Below are positions 46,370-55,311 of a stretch of DNA of 64,000 bases, piece after piece (the first letter of the stretch is position 1; each line of letters begins with the position of its first letter). The notes under the pieces were generated by a model, which was not told where the DNA came from, made no database searches, and saw nothing but the letters and a program-made list of their open reading frames with translations. This DNA is from Pseudomonadota bacterium (lineage in GTDB: Bacteria; Desulfobacterota; Desulfobacteria; Desulfobacterales; JBDRRP01), in assembly GCA_043825735.1 (NCBI GenBank), contig JBDRRP010000139.1, positions 64,001 to 128,000 on the forward strand, given 5' to 3'. A program made the position numbers and the translations under genes.

Positions 46370-46515
46370 TATAACCTACCTCAAAAAATGGATTTTTGGT
46401 TCAGATCAAGGCGAAGGCAAGCATCAACCCGCAGGAACACCGGTGTATTTTGAGGCCCTGAAGCGCGGCTTCAACGCCGATATGGGCCAAAAAGACTTTT
46501 TTGAGATAGGTTCTA
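46370..46515. mobile_element. MITE-like element related to family B, with different TIRs
   Basis: TATAACCTACCTCAAAAAA ... TTTTTTGAGATAGGTTCTA; shares GATTTTTGGTTCAGA.CAAGGC and AACGCCG..TGGGCCAAAA with the 42490 copy. Confidence 0.75.
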
Positions 46516-46584
46516 ATGACGCATTGAACCAACACACGTTGCCCCGCCGCATTGATCGGCGATAGCAGCGAAGGATAAATTCAC

Positions 46585-47679
46585 ATGGATGCATGGACCG
46601 CATCATTGGCCGCTCAGGTCCGCAGAAACTGCGAAATTTCCGATGCCACCCACGCCGGGCTGTATTCCATCTGCGGACTGGCGCTGCGGCTGCGTGATCT
46701 TTACAAGTGGGCCCACGGCCTGCCGCCCTGGAAGGAAGGCGATCCCGGGGCGGTGCTGTCCTGGATCGACGCGCAGGAGACCCTGTGGGCCGGGTTTGAA
46801 GATGCGGTGTTTTCCGCCGTCACCATCGACGGGCGCACGTTCGATCCCTTCGACACCGCCGGCATCAATGCCGTTCTCGCCGCCCGGGGCCTTTTTTACG
46901 GCGCCGGCTATGCACACAGCCTGAAACCGGCGTTTCTTCTCGCGGACATCACTGCGCAGACGCACGCGGAGGGCATTCCGGTGCTCCGGCTCGGCAGAGA
47001 ATGGGCGCGGGATCTGCTCACGCTGCCGGCCTTTGTCCAGGACGGCGCCGTGGTGTTTCGTCGGGAGGCGGCGCGGCTCTATCTCTGGGACCAGATCCTT
47101 TACATCAAACCCTCCGGGCGACCGGCCCTGGATGTGGCGTTGAGGCGCTTCGGTCTGCGGCCGGGCCCCGTGGCGGCGGTGACGCCGCATCTGGACGCCC
47201 TCATGGACCACCTGGAGGATCTGTATATCTATCACGAGTGTGGTGAGAAACTGGACACCGTCTTCGATGATGATCTGTGGCGGGAGATTATCGCCGCGTT
47301 CCCCCACAGCGCCGTGGAGCTTTTTGCGCGCACCGTCAAGGATCTGCTGGCCGATACCCACCCCCGTGGTCCCTTGCGCCGGGTGATCGAAAATCGGGAC
47401 GCCGTGGCACTGGGCTGCTATGTGGCCTTTTTCGATGGGCTCGGACGGGCGCTGTTTCCCGAACTGCGGGCGGCGTTTTCGATGATGGTGGGCACCGGGG
47501 GCTGGGCGCATTTGGACGACGCCGTGGATGCCGGCCGGGCGGCGGCAGCTAGGGCGGCACGGCGGATGAGCGCGCTTTACCTCGAGGGCAAGGCCCGAGG
47601 GGATCTGGCGTGGGCCGCGGCGCGCATCCAGGAGGAGCTTGTCTGCCCGCTCAACAACAGCCGCACAGGCGCTGCATAG
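46585..47679 (+). CDS. Sfum_1244-like conserved hypothetical protein
   Basis: QVRRNCEISDA.HAGLYSICGLALRLRDLYKW; YHECGE (HExxE); ELFARTVKDLLAD. Confidence 0.75.
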   Translation: MDAWTASLAAQVRRNCEISDATHAGLYSICGLALRLRDLYKWAHGLPPWKEGDPGAVLSWIDAQETLWAGFEDAVFSAVTIDGRTFDPFDTAGINAVLAARGLFYGAGYAHSLKPAFLLADITAQTHAEGIPVLRLGREWARDLLTLPAFVQDGAVVFRREAARLYLWDQILYIKPSGRPALDVALRRFGLRPGPVAAVTPHLDALMDHLEDLYIYHECGEKLDTVFDDDLWREIIAAFPHSAVELFARTVKDLLADTHPRGPLRRVIENRDAVALGCYVAFFDGLGRALFPELRAAFSMMVGTGGWAHLDDAVDAGRAAAARAARRMSALYLEGKARGDLAWAAARIQEELVCPLNNSRTGAA

Positions 47680-47817
47680 ACGTATTGACGCTGGCCGCAA
47701 AACCGCATAGGTTTTTCCGGTGGTCTGGTTTACTTCTATACGGTCCTCCATGAAGCGCCAGTGCATTATGGATAACCGCATACTTTTAATGTGTGTCGCC
47801 ATGTGGAGTGATTTCGG

Positions 47818-49452
47818 ATGGAGCTGAGAACCTGCGTTCACCCGGAAGGCCGATTTCTGGTCGGAGTGCACCGGCCGCGATATCGTGTGGAAAACCTGAG
47901 AAGGGAGCACCGGGAGCCTATTCTGGGTACGACGATGGATGGGATGCCGGTCACCGGATCCGCCAATTTTCCGGACGGTCCCGTATCGGTGGCCGCGGCG
48001 GACTGGGTTTACGAAATCGCCAATCCGTTTCTTTTTCGGGGGGCCACCTACATCAGCCGCTATCATGCCGATCGGGCGGCCGCCGATTCGGATATCATCC
48101 GGATCTCCCCCCGGCCGGGCGTTTCCCTGAGCCATTGGCTGAAAAACCTCGATAGCCCGGACACCCGCAGCCCGCAGTCGCGGGAGGCCCTCATCGCCGG
48201 TCTTCCCGAACCATTAAAATTGGCCCTGGCGGTCGCCTCCAGCGACCCCGACGACCTTATATGCCTGGCCGACACCTGCTGCGAATTCGTTCGTGATCCG
48301 GCATCCGGACGCCCCACAGGGCTTTATTTCGACAGGGGGGAGGGCGGCCGGATGCGCCCGCGCATCGGCAATGAACGATTGTTTGAACTGCTGGGAAACA
48401 GCCCCCACCTGCCGGAGGATTATCAGCGCGCCATGGTGCTTCGCCCGGGTGTTCAGGGGGAGAGCGAAATCGTCGGGGATGTTCGCGACGATAACGGGCG
48501 CACCCATATCTACGAGTATCTGCGGGCCAACAGCTACATCCCCTGGGGGCACTTTGCCGCCAACATGGCCGATGACGCAGTGCGCTACAACGCCGCAGAC
48601 CTGAGCCTGGCCGACATGCAGGGCATGCGCCGCCTTTATTACCGGCGCACTTTTTTGCGGATGGGAATCGCCCTCGGCGTGACGGCCTCAACCGGCAGCC
48701 ATGCCCTGACACCGGAAGCGCTGGAATCGATTCGAAGGCAAACACTGGCAGCGGTCTCGGGCAGCCGAGGTTCCGAAACCCCGGTCTTTACCGCCACCCT
48801 CTGGGGATGGAACTACGGGTTCGACTATGCCCCCACCGGTTACCGGTTGCATGCCTCCCACCAGCAGGTTCACCAGCAGTACGCGCTGATCACCGACGGG
48901 GTCGACGGCATCGACGGCCAGCCGCTGAACACGTTCGCCTGTGGCGATCTGGTGGCCGAAACGGTCAGCCGCTTTAAAGACGAAACGGGCGTGGATTTTT
49001 TCGAAGCGTATCTGAAGGCAGTGGCCGGCAACCGCCGCACCGACGGCAACCCTGAAGGTCCGGACACTCTGGTGGTCTTCGAAGATGCGCGGGTGGTGCT
49101 CTTCGTGCCCAAGGCCCAGACCTCGCAATGGGAGCTGCACCTGGTGCCCAAAGAGCGGGTGGGAAACGTGCTGGAGGCGGATGCGGGCCTGCGGGCCTCG
49201 CTGGATCGGGCCCTGTGGGTCGCTATTCGGGTGCTGGCGGGGCTCGGGGCGGAGATGGTGACCACTATCGAATTTTCCAAACGCTTTGACGCCGGGGACA
49301 CCGGTCAGCGCCTGCTCTACAGTCTGCTGCCTCGCCTGCCCAATTCCCCCGGGGCCTTCAGCGAGGCTCAGCTGCGCTGGGTCAATCGTCACTACCCCGA
49401 AGATTTCGCTGCGCTGTGCCGCCGGCAGCTGTCGGACAGTGGTATCGTATGA
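47818..49452 (+). CDS. Conserved hypothetical protein with GalT/HIT-like C-terminal region
   Basis: HASHQQVHQQ resembles the GalT HxHxQ region; VVFEDARVVLFVPKAQ..WELHLVPK resembles the GalT C-domain. Confidence 0.6.
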   Translation: MELRTCVHPEGRFLVGVHRPRYRVENLRREHREPILGTTMDGMPVTGSANFPDGPVSVAAADWVYEIANPFLFRGATYISRYHADRAAADSDIIRISPRPGVSLSHWLKNLDSPDTRSPQSREALIAGLPEPLKLALAVASSDPDDLICLADTCCEFVRDPASGRPTGLYFDRGEGGRMRPRIGNERLFELLGNSPHLPEDYQRAMVLRPGVQGESEIVGDVRDDNGRTHIYEYLRANSYIPWGHFAANMADDAVRYNAADLSLADMQGMRRLYYRRTFLRMGIALGVTASTGSHALTPEALESIRRQTLAAVSGSRGSETPVFTATLWGWNYGFDYAPTGYRLHASHQQVHQQYALITDGVDGIDGQPLNTFACGDLVAETVSRFKDETGVDFFEAYLKAVAGNRRTDGNPEGPDTLVVFEDARVVLFVPKAQTSQWELHLVPKERVGNVLEADAGLRASLDRALWVAIRVLAGLGAEMVTTIEFSKRFDAGDTGQRLLYSLLPRLPNSPGAFSEAQLRWVNRHYPEDFAALCRRQLSDSGIV

Positions 49453-49494
49453 GGCGTTGCGAACGTATGGGCAGTAACAGCGTTTTCAAAAACG

Positions 49495-49527
49495 ATCGCG
49501 CAGAGACGTTGAGGCGCAGAGAAAAAC
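49495..49527. repeat. Solo CGCAGAG-periodic arm
   Basis: ATCGCGCAGAGACGTTGAGGCGCAGAGAAAAAC, one mismatch to the left arm at ~29354. Confidence 0.75.
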
Positions 49528-49554
49528 AGGGTTAGGTTCGCCCGTCATTTGGTT

Positions 49555-49791
49555 CTAAGGTATTTGACGCAGGGCCGGCGCTTCGGAAGAGGCGTACGCC
49601 CCGGTTTGTGCGGCGTCATGGGCCTGCTCACGCCGGCGCTCCTTTTCCATGAAGTGGATGGCGCACGCTGATCTGTGTTTGCAATAGATTCCCGGGTCCC
49701 GGCAGGCCATGCATTCTTCGCACATGGTGATCTCATGCTTTGCGCATCGGTAGGGCGTTTTGCGGTCCGGGTGACGGCTGCAGGCTTCCAT
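49555..49791 (-). CDS. Small Cys/His-rich zinc-finger-like (B-box-like) protein
   Basis: CSRHPDR...CAKH...CEEC.AC.DP..YCKHRSAC.IH; 18 bp downstream of trxA. Confidence 0.75.
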   Translation of the reverse strand: MEACSRHPDRKTPYRCAKHEITMCEECMACRDPGIYCKHRSACAIHFMEKERRREQAHDAAQTGAYASSEAPALRQIP

Positions 49792-49809
49792 GGCGGATTC
49801 TCCGGGCCG

Positions 49810-50172
49810 CTACAGTGAGGCAAACGGCGATGCCGTATGGCTGCCGCTGAGCAGGTTTTTTAATACACCTTCGATTTTTCCCCGGTTGGTCATGCCGACG
49901 ATCTGTTCCGCAGGTTTGCCCTGGTTGAAGAATATGAGGGTGGGAATCGATTTGATGCCGAAGGTTGCCGGCGTGGCGGTGTTTCTGTCCACGTTCAACT
50001 TGTAGAACCGTATGCGGTCGCCGTACTCGCCCGCCAGCGATTCAAGTGCCGGGGCAATGGCCTTGCAGGGGCCGCACCAGGGCGCCCAGAAATCCACCAC
50101 CACGGGCTGGTCGGCGTTTTTGACACAGGCATCGAATTGGCTGTCGGTGAGTTCCTCGATGTGTTCGGACAT
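49810..50172 (-). CDS. trxA: Thioredoxin
   Basis: DFWAPWCGPCK, IKSIPTL; RBS AAGGAG. Confidence 0.96.
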   Translation of the reverse strand: MSEHIEELTDSQFDACVKNADQPVVVDFWAPWCGPCKAIAPALESLAGEYGDRIRFYKLNVDRNTATPATFGIKSIPTLIFFNQGKPAEQIVGMTNRGKIEGVLKNLLSGSHTASPFASL

Positions 50173-50400
50173 GGTCTCTCCTTTTTGAAGTAGCTGTCAG
50201 ATCCGTCTTTTAAGAGCGCATTTCCGCTGATGGGTTACACGGCGGTCCAATGTGGCACCATAATCATAACGGCAGGCAAAATCCAGATTGCGGGCGGAAT
50301 TTTATTTCCCGGGGTGAAATGCAGCCTCACCTGTCTTAGATTCAGTCTGTGCATCGGTATTGCGCCGATGCCGCCAACCCCATCGAACAGGAGGTGATCC

Positions 50401-50481
50401 ATGAGCCACCGTGATCATAACCACGACACCGACAGCGCGTGTTGTTGCGAACCGTCATTTGACATTCCTTGCGGCGACTGA
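50401..50481 (+). CDS. 26-aa His/Cys-rich peptide MSHRDHNHDTDSACCCEPSFDIPCGD
   Basis: Near-perfect RBS AGGAGGTGATCC directly before the ATG; below the ORF-track cutoff. Confidence 0.55.
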   Translation: MSHRDHNHDTDSACCCEPSFDIPCGD

Positions 50482-50568
50482 AACAATACTTCCCGAACTT
50501 TACCGCCAAACGCCGATCCGGCATGGCGCCGCTGAAAAAACCATCGACAACAGCAGAGGAGAAGCACA

Positions 50569-50934
50569 ATGGGCTGGTTTATCTATCTGATTGGTGTGGT
50601 CTGGCTTGCCGTCGGTGTTTGGTACATTCTTTACACCGCTGAAGCCCGGGACACCCTTCGCATGGTCACGGACCAGGCGCCCCGGCAGGTGTTTGCCGTG
50701 ATGGCCTTTATCGTGGGGGCGCTGTTGATTGCGGCCGCGTTCTACAGTCACAAGATCTGGGCTGTGGGGGTGTTGGGGTTGCTGGCTGTCGGAAAAGGAC
50801 TCTACCTGTTTTTCGATCCCGGCAAGACATATGCGGCGCTGATGGCCTGGTACCTTGGCGCCTCGGATCAGACATACCGGTTTTTCGGCATCGTTATGGT
50901 GGTGCTGGGGACGGCCATGCTCTCATGGGCCTAG
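50569..50934 (+). CDS. Small integral membrane protein (DUF2065-like)
   Basis: Four TM helices; ends YRFFGIVMVVLG; RBS GAGGAG. Confidence 0.75.
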   Translation: MGWFIYLIGVVWLAVGVWYILYTAEARDTLRMVTDQAPRQVFAVMAFIVGALLIAAAFYSHKIWAVGVLGLLAVGKGLYLFFDPGKTYAALMAWYLGASDQTYRFFGIVMVVLGTAMLSWA

Positions 50935-51160
50935 TGTCCGGCCACAAGCGGCATCTTTTGGCCCAGAGCGGCGTTTTTAAGCCCCCAAACACCGCGGGGG
51001 CTTACCAGTAAGGCATTAATGCCATTTCCGATTCGCTCGCGATTGCTCGCTGGGCTGGCCCGCACTTTTCGAAATCCTCGACGTAGCGGCGCTACGCCTC
51101 CGGTTTCAAAAATGCTCAGGCCTTGCTCTGAACCAAAATCTACCGCTTGTGGCCGGACAC
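50932..51160 (+). mobile_element. MITE-like element, family B, with a nested 83-bp insertion (50978-51060)
   Basis: Perfect 18-bp TIR GTGTCCGGCCACAAGCGG/CCGCTTGTGGCCGGACAC; core homologous to 42490-42637; starts at the TAG stop of 50569..50934. Confidence 0.85.
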
Positions 51161-51267
51161 GGTTGTTTATCACAAGGGGCATCTTTGCCTTAGAACCCAC
51201 CCGCTACGCGGCTGGGTTCCAGGCGAAAAAATACGGCCCCTGGCGGCGGACCTTCGGTTGAAAGAAA

Positions 51268-51292
51268 GGGCGAACACAAGGTTCGCCCCTAC
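51268..51292. repeat. GTAG-type REP-like palindrome
   Basis: GGGCGAACACAAGGTTCGCCCCTAC. Confidence 0.65.
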
Positions 51293-51346
51293 GCAGGGAT
51301 GTCACAACCGCTTTCTGTTGATTGTTTCTGCTGTGGAGGATTAGTG

Positions 51347-51763
51347 ATGAGCGCTTCTTTTGTACCCGGAATGAGCTTTGAGTTCAGCTATCCCGTCCCC
51401 GAAGACAAGACGGTGCCCCACCTTTTCCCGGACATCCCCGAAGGCGCCGTCATGCCCCGGGTGCTGGCCACCGGTTTCATGATCGGTCTTTTCGAGTTTG
51501 CCTGCATCCGGTTCATCAACGCGCACATCGACTGGCCGCGGCAACAGACCGTCGGCATCCATGTGAATGTGAGCCACCTGGCCGCCACGCCGCCGGGGCT
51601 CACGGTGACGGTGCGTGGGAAGCTGGAGAAGGTCGAAGGGCGCAAACTGTCGTTTTCCATCACTGCCGACGACGGGGTGGATACGATTTCCACCGGCACT
51701 CACGAGCGGTTCATCATCGATGCGGAAAAGTTCAACGCCGCCGTGGCTAAAAAGGCACCCTGA
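51347..51763 (+). CDS. FlK-like hotdog thioesterase
   Basis: VLATGFMIGLFEFAC...TVGIHVNVSHLAATPPG...GTHERF. Confidence 0.9.
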   Translation: MSASFVPGMSFEFSYPVPEDKTVPHLFPDIPEGAVMPRVLATGFMIGLFEFACIRFINAHIDWPRQQTVGIHVNVSHLAATPPGLTVTVRGKLEKVEGRKLSFSITADDGVDTISTGTHERFIIDAEKFNAAVAKKAP

Positions 51764-51779
51764 GTCTGTGGCGGTGTCG

Positions 51780-54700
51780 CTATTTTACAGACGGATTTGC
51801 CGCCAGGGTGTTTTTCACCGCCAGACCCAGCGTTTCGATCCGGTAGGGTTTTTTCACAAACGGGCCGGCCCCCATCTGCTGGACGGCGTGGACGTTTTCG
51901 GTTTCTGAAAAACCACTGGCGATGACCGCTTTCTGTCCCGGGCGGATCCGGCAGACAGCTTCGTAGGTCTTTCGGCCGTCCATTCCCGAAGGCATGACCA
52001 TGTCCAGCAGCAGCAGCGCCACGTCGTGGTCACGCAGGTAGGCGATCGCTGCCTCCCCGGTTTGCACCGCCGTTGCCCGGTATCCCAGGTGGTTTAATAT
52101 CCCGACCGCAATTTTGCACTGGTTCGGTTCGTCGTCTATGACCAGCACGGTTTCTCCGTTTCCGGTAATTGAATCCCGGGGCAGATTGGCGGGTGCCATG
52201 TCGATCTCATCGCGCGTGCCGGGAAAATACAGCTCGAATCGTGTGCCCCCGGGGCTGCTGTCCACCCGGATGTAGCCGTTGTGGTCCTGTACGGTGTTCC
52301 AGACCACCGACAGCCCCAGCCCTGTGCCCGAGCGCCCCATGACTTTTCGGGTGTAGAAAGGCTCGAAGATGCGCTCCAGGTCGGCCGGAGAGATCCCGGG
52401 GCCATTGTCGACGATCCGCAGCACGCAGTATTCGCCGATCTCCACCTGGGTGTAACCCTTCAGCGGGCGGTCCACATATTGGTTTTCGGTGGTTACCTGA
52501 ACGCTGCCGCCGTCGGTCAGCGCTTCGGCCGCGTTGGCCAGCAGGTTCATGAGCACTTTTTCCATGTGAAAAGGCGAGCAGGACATGTTGAGCAGCAAGG
52601 GGTCCAGCCGGCAGTCGAAGATGACCCTGGGGTGGTTGGCCCGCAGTGCGGCATGGGTGGCAGATGCCAGGTAGCCCTCCACGACGTGGTTCAGGCTGGC
52701 GGTTTTCCGGGGGCTGGCCACGCCCCGGGCGATGGTCACCAGATCTCCCACCACTGCGGCGGCCCGCTGGCCGCAGTCGGTAATGATCTCCAGCGATTCT
52801 CTCAGGTCGCTGTCGGCCGGAAGCTCTTCCAGCAGCAGTTCGGGAAAGCTCGTGAGGCCCGAGAGTATATTGTTGAGATCGTGAGCCACCCCGCCGGCCA
52901 GCAGGCCCAGGGCTTCCATTTTTTTGGATCGTGCCAGCTGCTCCTGGAGGCGCTCCTTTTCACTTTGGGCGTGGACGCGCTCGGAAATATCCCGGGTGAT
53001 GCCAAGGATTCCGGTGGGGCGTCCATCGGCCCCGACAATGAAGGCCGCCGTTGCCTCGGTGTGGATGGTCTTGCCGGATTTGCAATACTCCACGAGTCCC
53101 AGGACGGCGTCACGGCTGTAATCACCCGTGGCTTCGCCTTTGTCCAGAGTTTCAGCAAGTATTGACAGGGCCTTTTCCATGGATGGCGGGGTGAGGATCC
53201 GCTCGAGCGGCAGGGCGAGGAATTCCTCGGGCGTCCAGCCCCGCATTTTTTCCACCGAGGGGCTGATGTAGGTGAATGCCAGGTTCATGTCCATGGTCCA
53301 GAGCACGTCCCGGACGTTGTCTGCCATGAGGCGCATTGTTTTCTCGCTGCTGCGCAGGGCGTCGGCGATGCGCTCGCGTTCCTGGATCTCCCGGATCAGT
53401 TCATCGGAGCGGCTTTCCAGCGCCGCCTTGAGGTCGGCGACCCGCTGAAATACCGCCGCGTTGGCAAAGGCAATCCCCGCGGTGGATAAGCGGTCCAGAA
53501 ACCGCAGTTCATGGGGCTCCAGGCTGCGACCGGAGGCCGGGGCAGACAAAAGCATCAGCCCCAGGATCCGGCCTTTCTGGATGAGGGGCAGCAGGTAGCC
53601 CGCTTTTTCCAGGTCCATCAACGCCAAAATCTCGGGCGCTGACGCGGCGTAGGCCGGATGGGTTTCCACCATGGCACGCTCGACCGTTTTGGCACGATTT
53701 ACCAGCAGGTCAAGTATGGTTTCCGACAACACCAGGCGGTCGCCGGAGATGGGGTTTTCAAGCTCCCCGTCGCCGTCATGAACGAGAAACACGCTGACCT
53801 TCTGAATGCCCAGGTGTCGGGCAACCAGGGCCTGGAGTTCAGAGGCTAGATTTTCAAGCCCTTTCAAGGATGCCGCATCCGTCATAAAGGCGTCGGCGGC
53901 ATAGCGCAGGTGGCGCCGCCGGCGGTCGAACAACCGGTCGATGAGCGGCTGTATTTTGCTGATGTAGGCGTAGTTGAAAGCGAACCAGGCGGCCAGCAAC
54001 GCGACGAGGGAATTTGTCCCGATGCGGGTCAGGGAAGGCTGAAACCAGGTCACCAGGAGCAAGTTTAAAACAATGATCACCGATGATGCCATCAGCCACA
54101 AAAGGCTGCGCAGCATCATGCTCTGGATATTCAGCAGGCGGTAGCGCAACACCCCGTAGGCCATGATGCCTAGCGGCACAAACGTGAGATTGCCCACTGG
54201 ATAAAAGTCAATGCCGTTCATGGCAGGGATGTTGAGTATGGTGAGAAACCCCATGGCGCAAAGGGAAAGGGCGATGTAGGCGATTTTCTGGCGGCGCACC
54301 GGATTGGTTTCACGGCGCAGGCGGGAGACGGTGATGGTCGCCATGTAGACCAACGTCGCTAAGCAGTAAATGCCAAACACCTGAAATACCGGTCCGCCCC
54401 GAGCGATATAGCCCCAACTGAATTCGTACAGCCCGTTGATGTACAGTTCGGTAGGAGTAAACAAGGCGATCACGGCGCTTATTATAAACGCTGCCCTTGT
54501 CAGCCACAACCGCCGGACGCCCACAATTTGGTGAATGAATGCCACCGTCAGCGGCGGCAGAAAGACGTAGAAAAAATGAACGCTACGTTCGATGATCAGG
54601 ATTCGTGCAACGCTGTCGACAAAGTGATGGCAGATGAACACCGGTGCCAAAAGGCTCCACCAGATGCAGATAATGGCAAATAGCCGGCTTTCCGCCTGCT

Positions 54701-54839
54701 GCATGCCTTTGCGCAGCGCCACCGCGGCCAGGCCGAGGCCGATGACCAGCGAGAGCGTCGGGGGTATGAGATACAGCGGTGATGGCGATATGGGGTTCAG
54801 GTGGTTCCTCCTACTTAGTGTCCATCTGTGGACGGACAC
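51780..54839 (-). CDS. Hybrid sensor kinase: 7TM, GAF-like, PAS, HisKA, HATPase, REC
   Basis: GGVAHDLNN, NLLANAAEA, DNGPG, GTGLGL, LLLDMVMP; start uncertain by ~12 codons. Confidence 0.92.
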   Translation of the reverse strand: MSVHRWTLSRRNHLNPISPSPLYLIPPTLSLVIGLGLAAVALRKGMQQAESRLFAIICIWWSLLAPVFICHHFVDSVARILIIERSVHFFYVFLPPLTVAFIHQIVGVRRLWLTRAAFIISAVIALFTPTELYINGLYEFSWGYIARGGPVFQVFGIYCLATLVYMATITVSRLRRETNPVRRQKIAYIALSLCAMGFLTILNIPAMNGIDFYPVGNLTFVPLGIMAYGVLRYRLLNIQSMMLRSLLWLMASSVIIVLNLLLVTWFQPSLTRIGTNSLVALLAAWFAFNYAYISKIQPLIDRLFDRRRRHLRYAADAFMTDAASLKGLENLASELQALVARHLGIQKVSVFLVHDGDGELENPISGDRLVLSETILDLLVNRAKTVERAMVETHPAYAASAPEILALMDLEKAGYLLPLIQKGRILGLMLLSAPASGRSLEPHELRFLDRLSTAGIAFANAAVFQRVADLKAALESRSDELIREIQERERIADALRSSEKTMRLMADNVRDVLWTMDMNLAFTYISPSVEKMRGWTPEEFLALPLERILTPPSMEKALSILAETLDKGEATGDYSRDAVLGLVEYCKSGKTIHTEATAAFIVGADGRPTGILGITRDISERVHAQSEKERLQEQLARSKKMEALGLLAGGVAHDLNNILSGLTSFPELLLEELPADSDLRESLEIITDCGQRAAAVVGDLVTIARGVASPRKTASLNHVVEGYLASATHAALRANHPRVIFDCRLDPLLLNMSCSPFHMEKVLMNLLANAAEALTDGGSVQVTTENQYVDRPLKGYTQVEIGEYCVLRIVDNGPGISPADLERIFEPFYTRKVMGRSGTGLGLSVVWNTVQDHNGYIRVDSSPGGTRFELYFPGTRDEIDMAPANLPRDSITGNGETVLVIDDEPNQCKIAVGILNHLGYRATAVQTGEAAIAYLRDHDVALLLLDMVMPSGMDGRKTYEAVCRIRPGQKAVIASGFSETENVHAVQQMGAGPFVKKPYRIETLGLAVKNTLAANPSVK

Positions 54840-54882
54840 GCTTCAGGCACAGTATCGGCCAAAACCGGAATCTCTTGACGGT

Positions 54883-55311
54883 TTATCGGTCGATCCCCTG
54901 TGGTGTCAACAGAGAGCCCGATCCGACAAGGGCTTCGGCGATTGGGATATCGGCCGGGAGCAAGTCCCAGGCGGGCAGCTGCGCCGGCAACACCCAGGCC
55001 ATGGCATCGTGATCGGTAAGGCGTATCTGCCCTGACGGCCAGTTAACGCGAAAGGCCAGCAGCCGAATGATGGCGTGAGGGTAGGCGTAGACGCTTTCGC
55101 AGAGAAACTGCGCGGCCCGGACCCGGATTCCCAGCTCCTCCTGGATTTCCCGCTCCAGGCACGCCTCCGGGCTCTCCCCGGCCTCGATCTTTCCTCCGGG
55201 AAATTCCCAGCGGCCGGCATGGCGTGTTCCGGCGCGTTTGCGGACGATGAGTACCCGGTCATTTTGTTCGATGACCGCCGCCGTGACGGTGACGGTTTTC
55301 GTGTCGGTCAT
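54883..55311 (-). CDS. NUDIX hydrolase, MutT/NudG-like
   Basis: WEFPGGKIEAGESPEACLEREIQEELG; LLPADIP. Confidence 0.93.
   Translation of the reverse strand: MTDTKTVTVTAAVIEQNDRVLIVRKRAGTRHAGRWEFPGGKIEAGESPEACLEREIQEELGIRVRAAQFLCESVYAYPHAIIRLLAFRVNWPSGQIRLTDHDAMAWVLPAQLPAWDLLPADIPIAEALVGSGSLLTPQGIDR

Noticed and set aside
46603..48135. 510-aa minus-strand ORF
   Set aside because: Antisense to two better-supported plus-strand genes; no recognisable domain.
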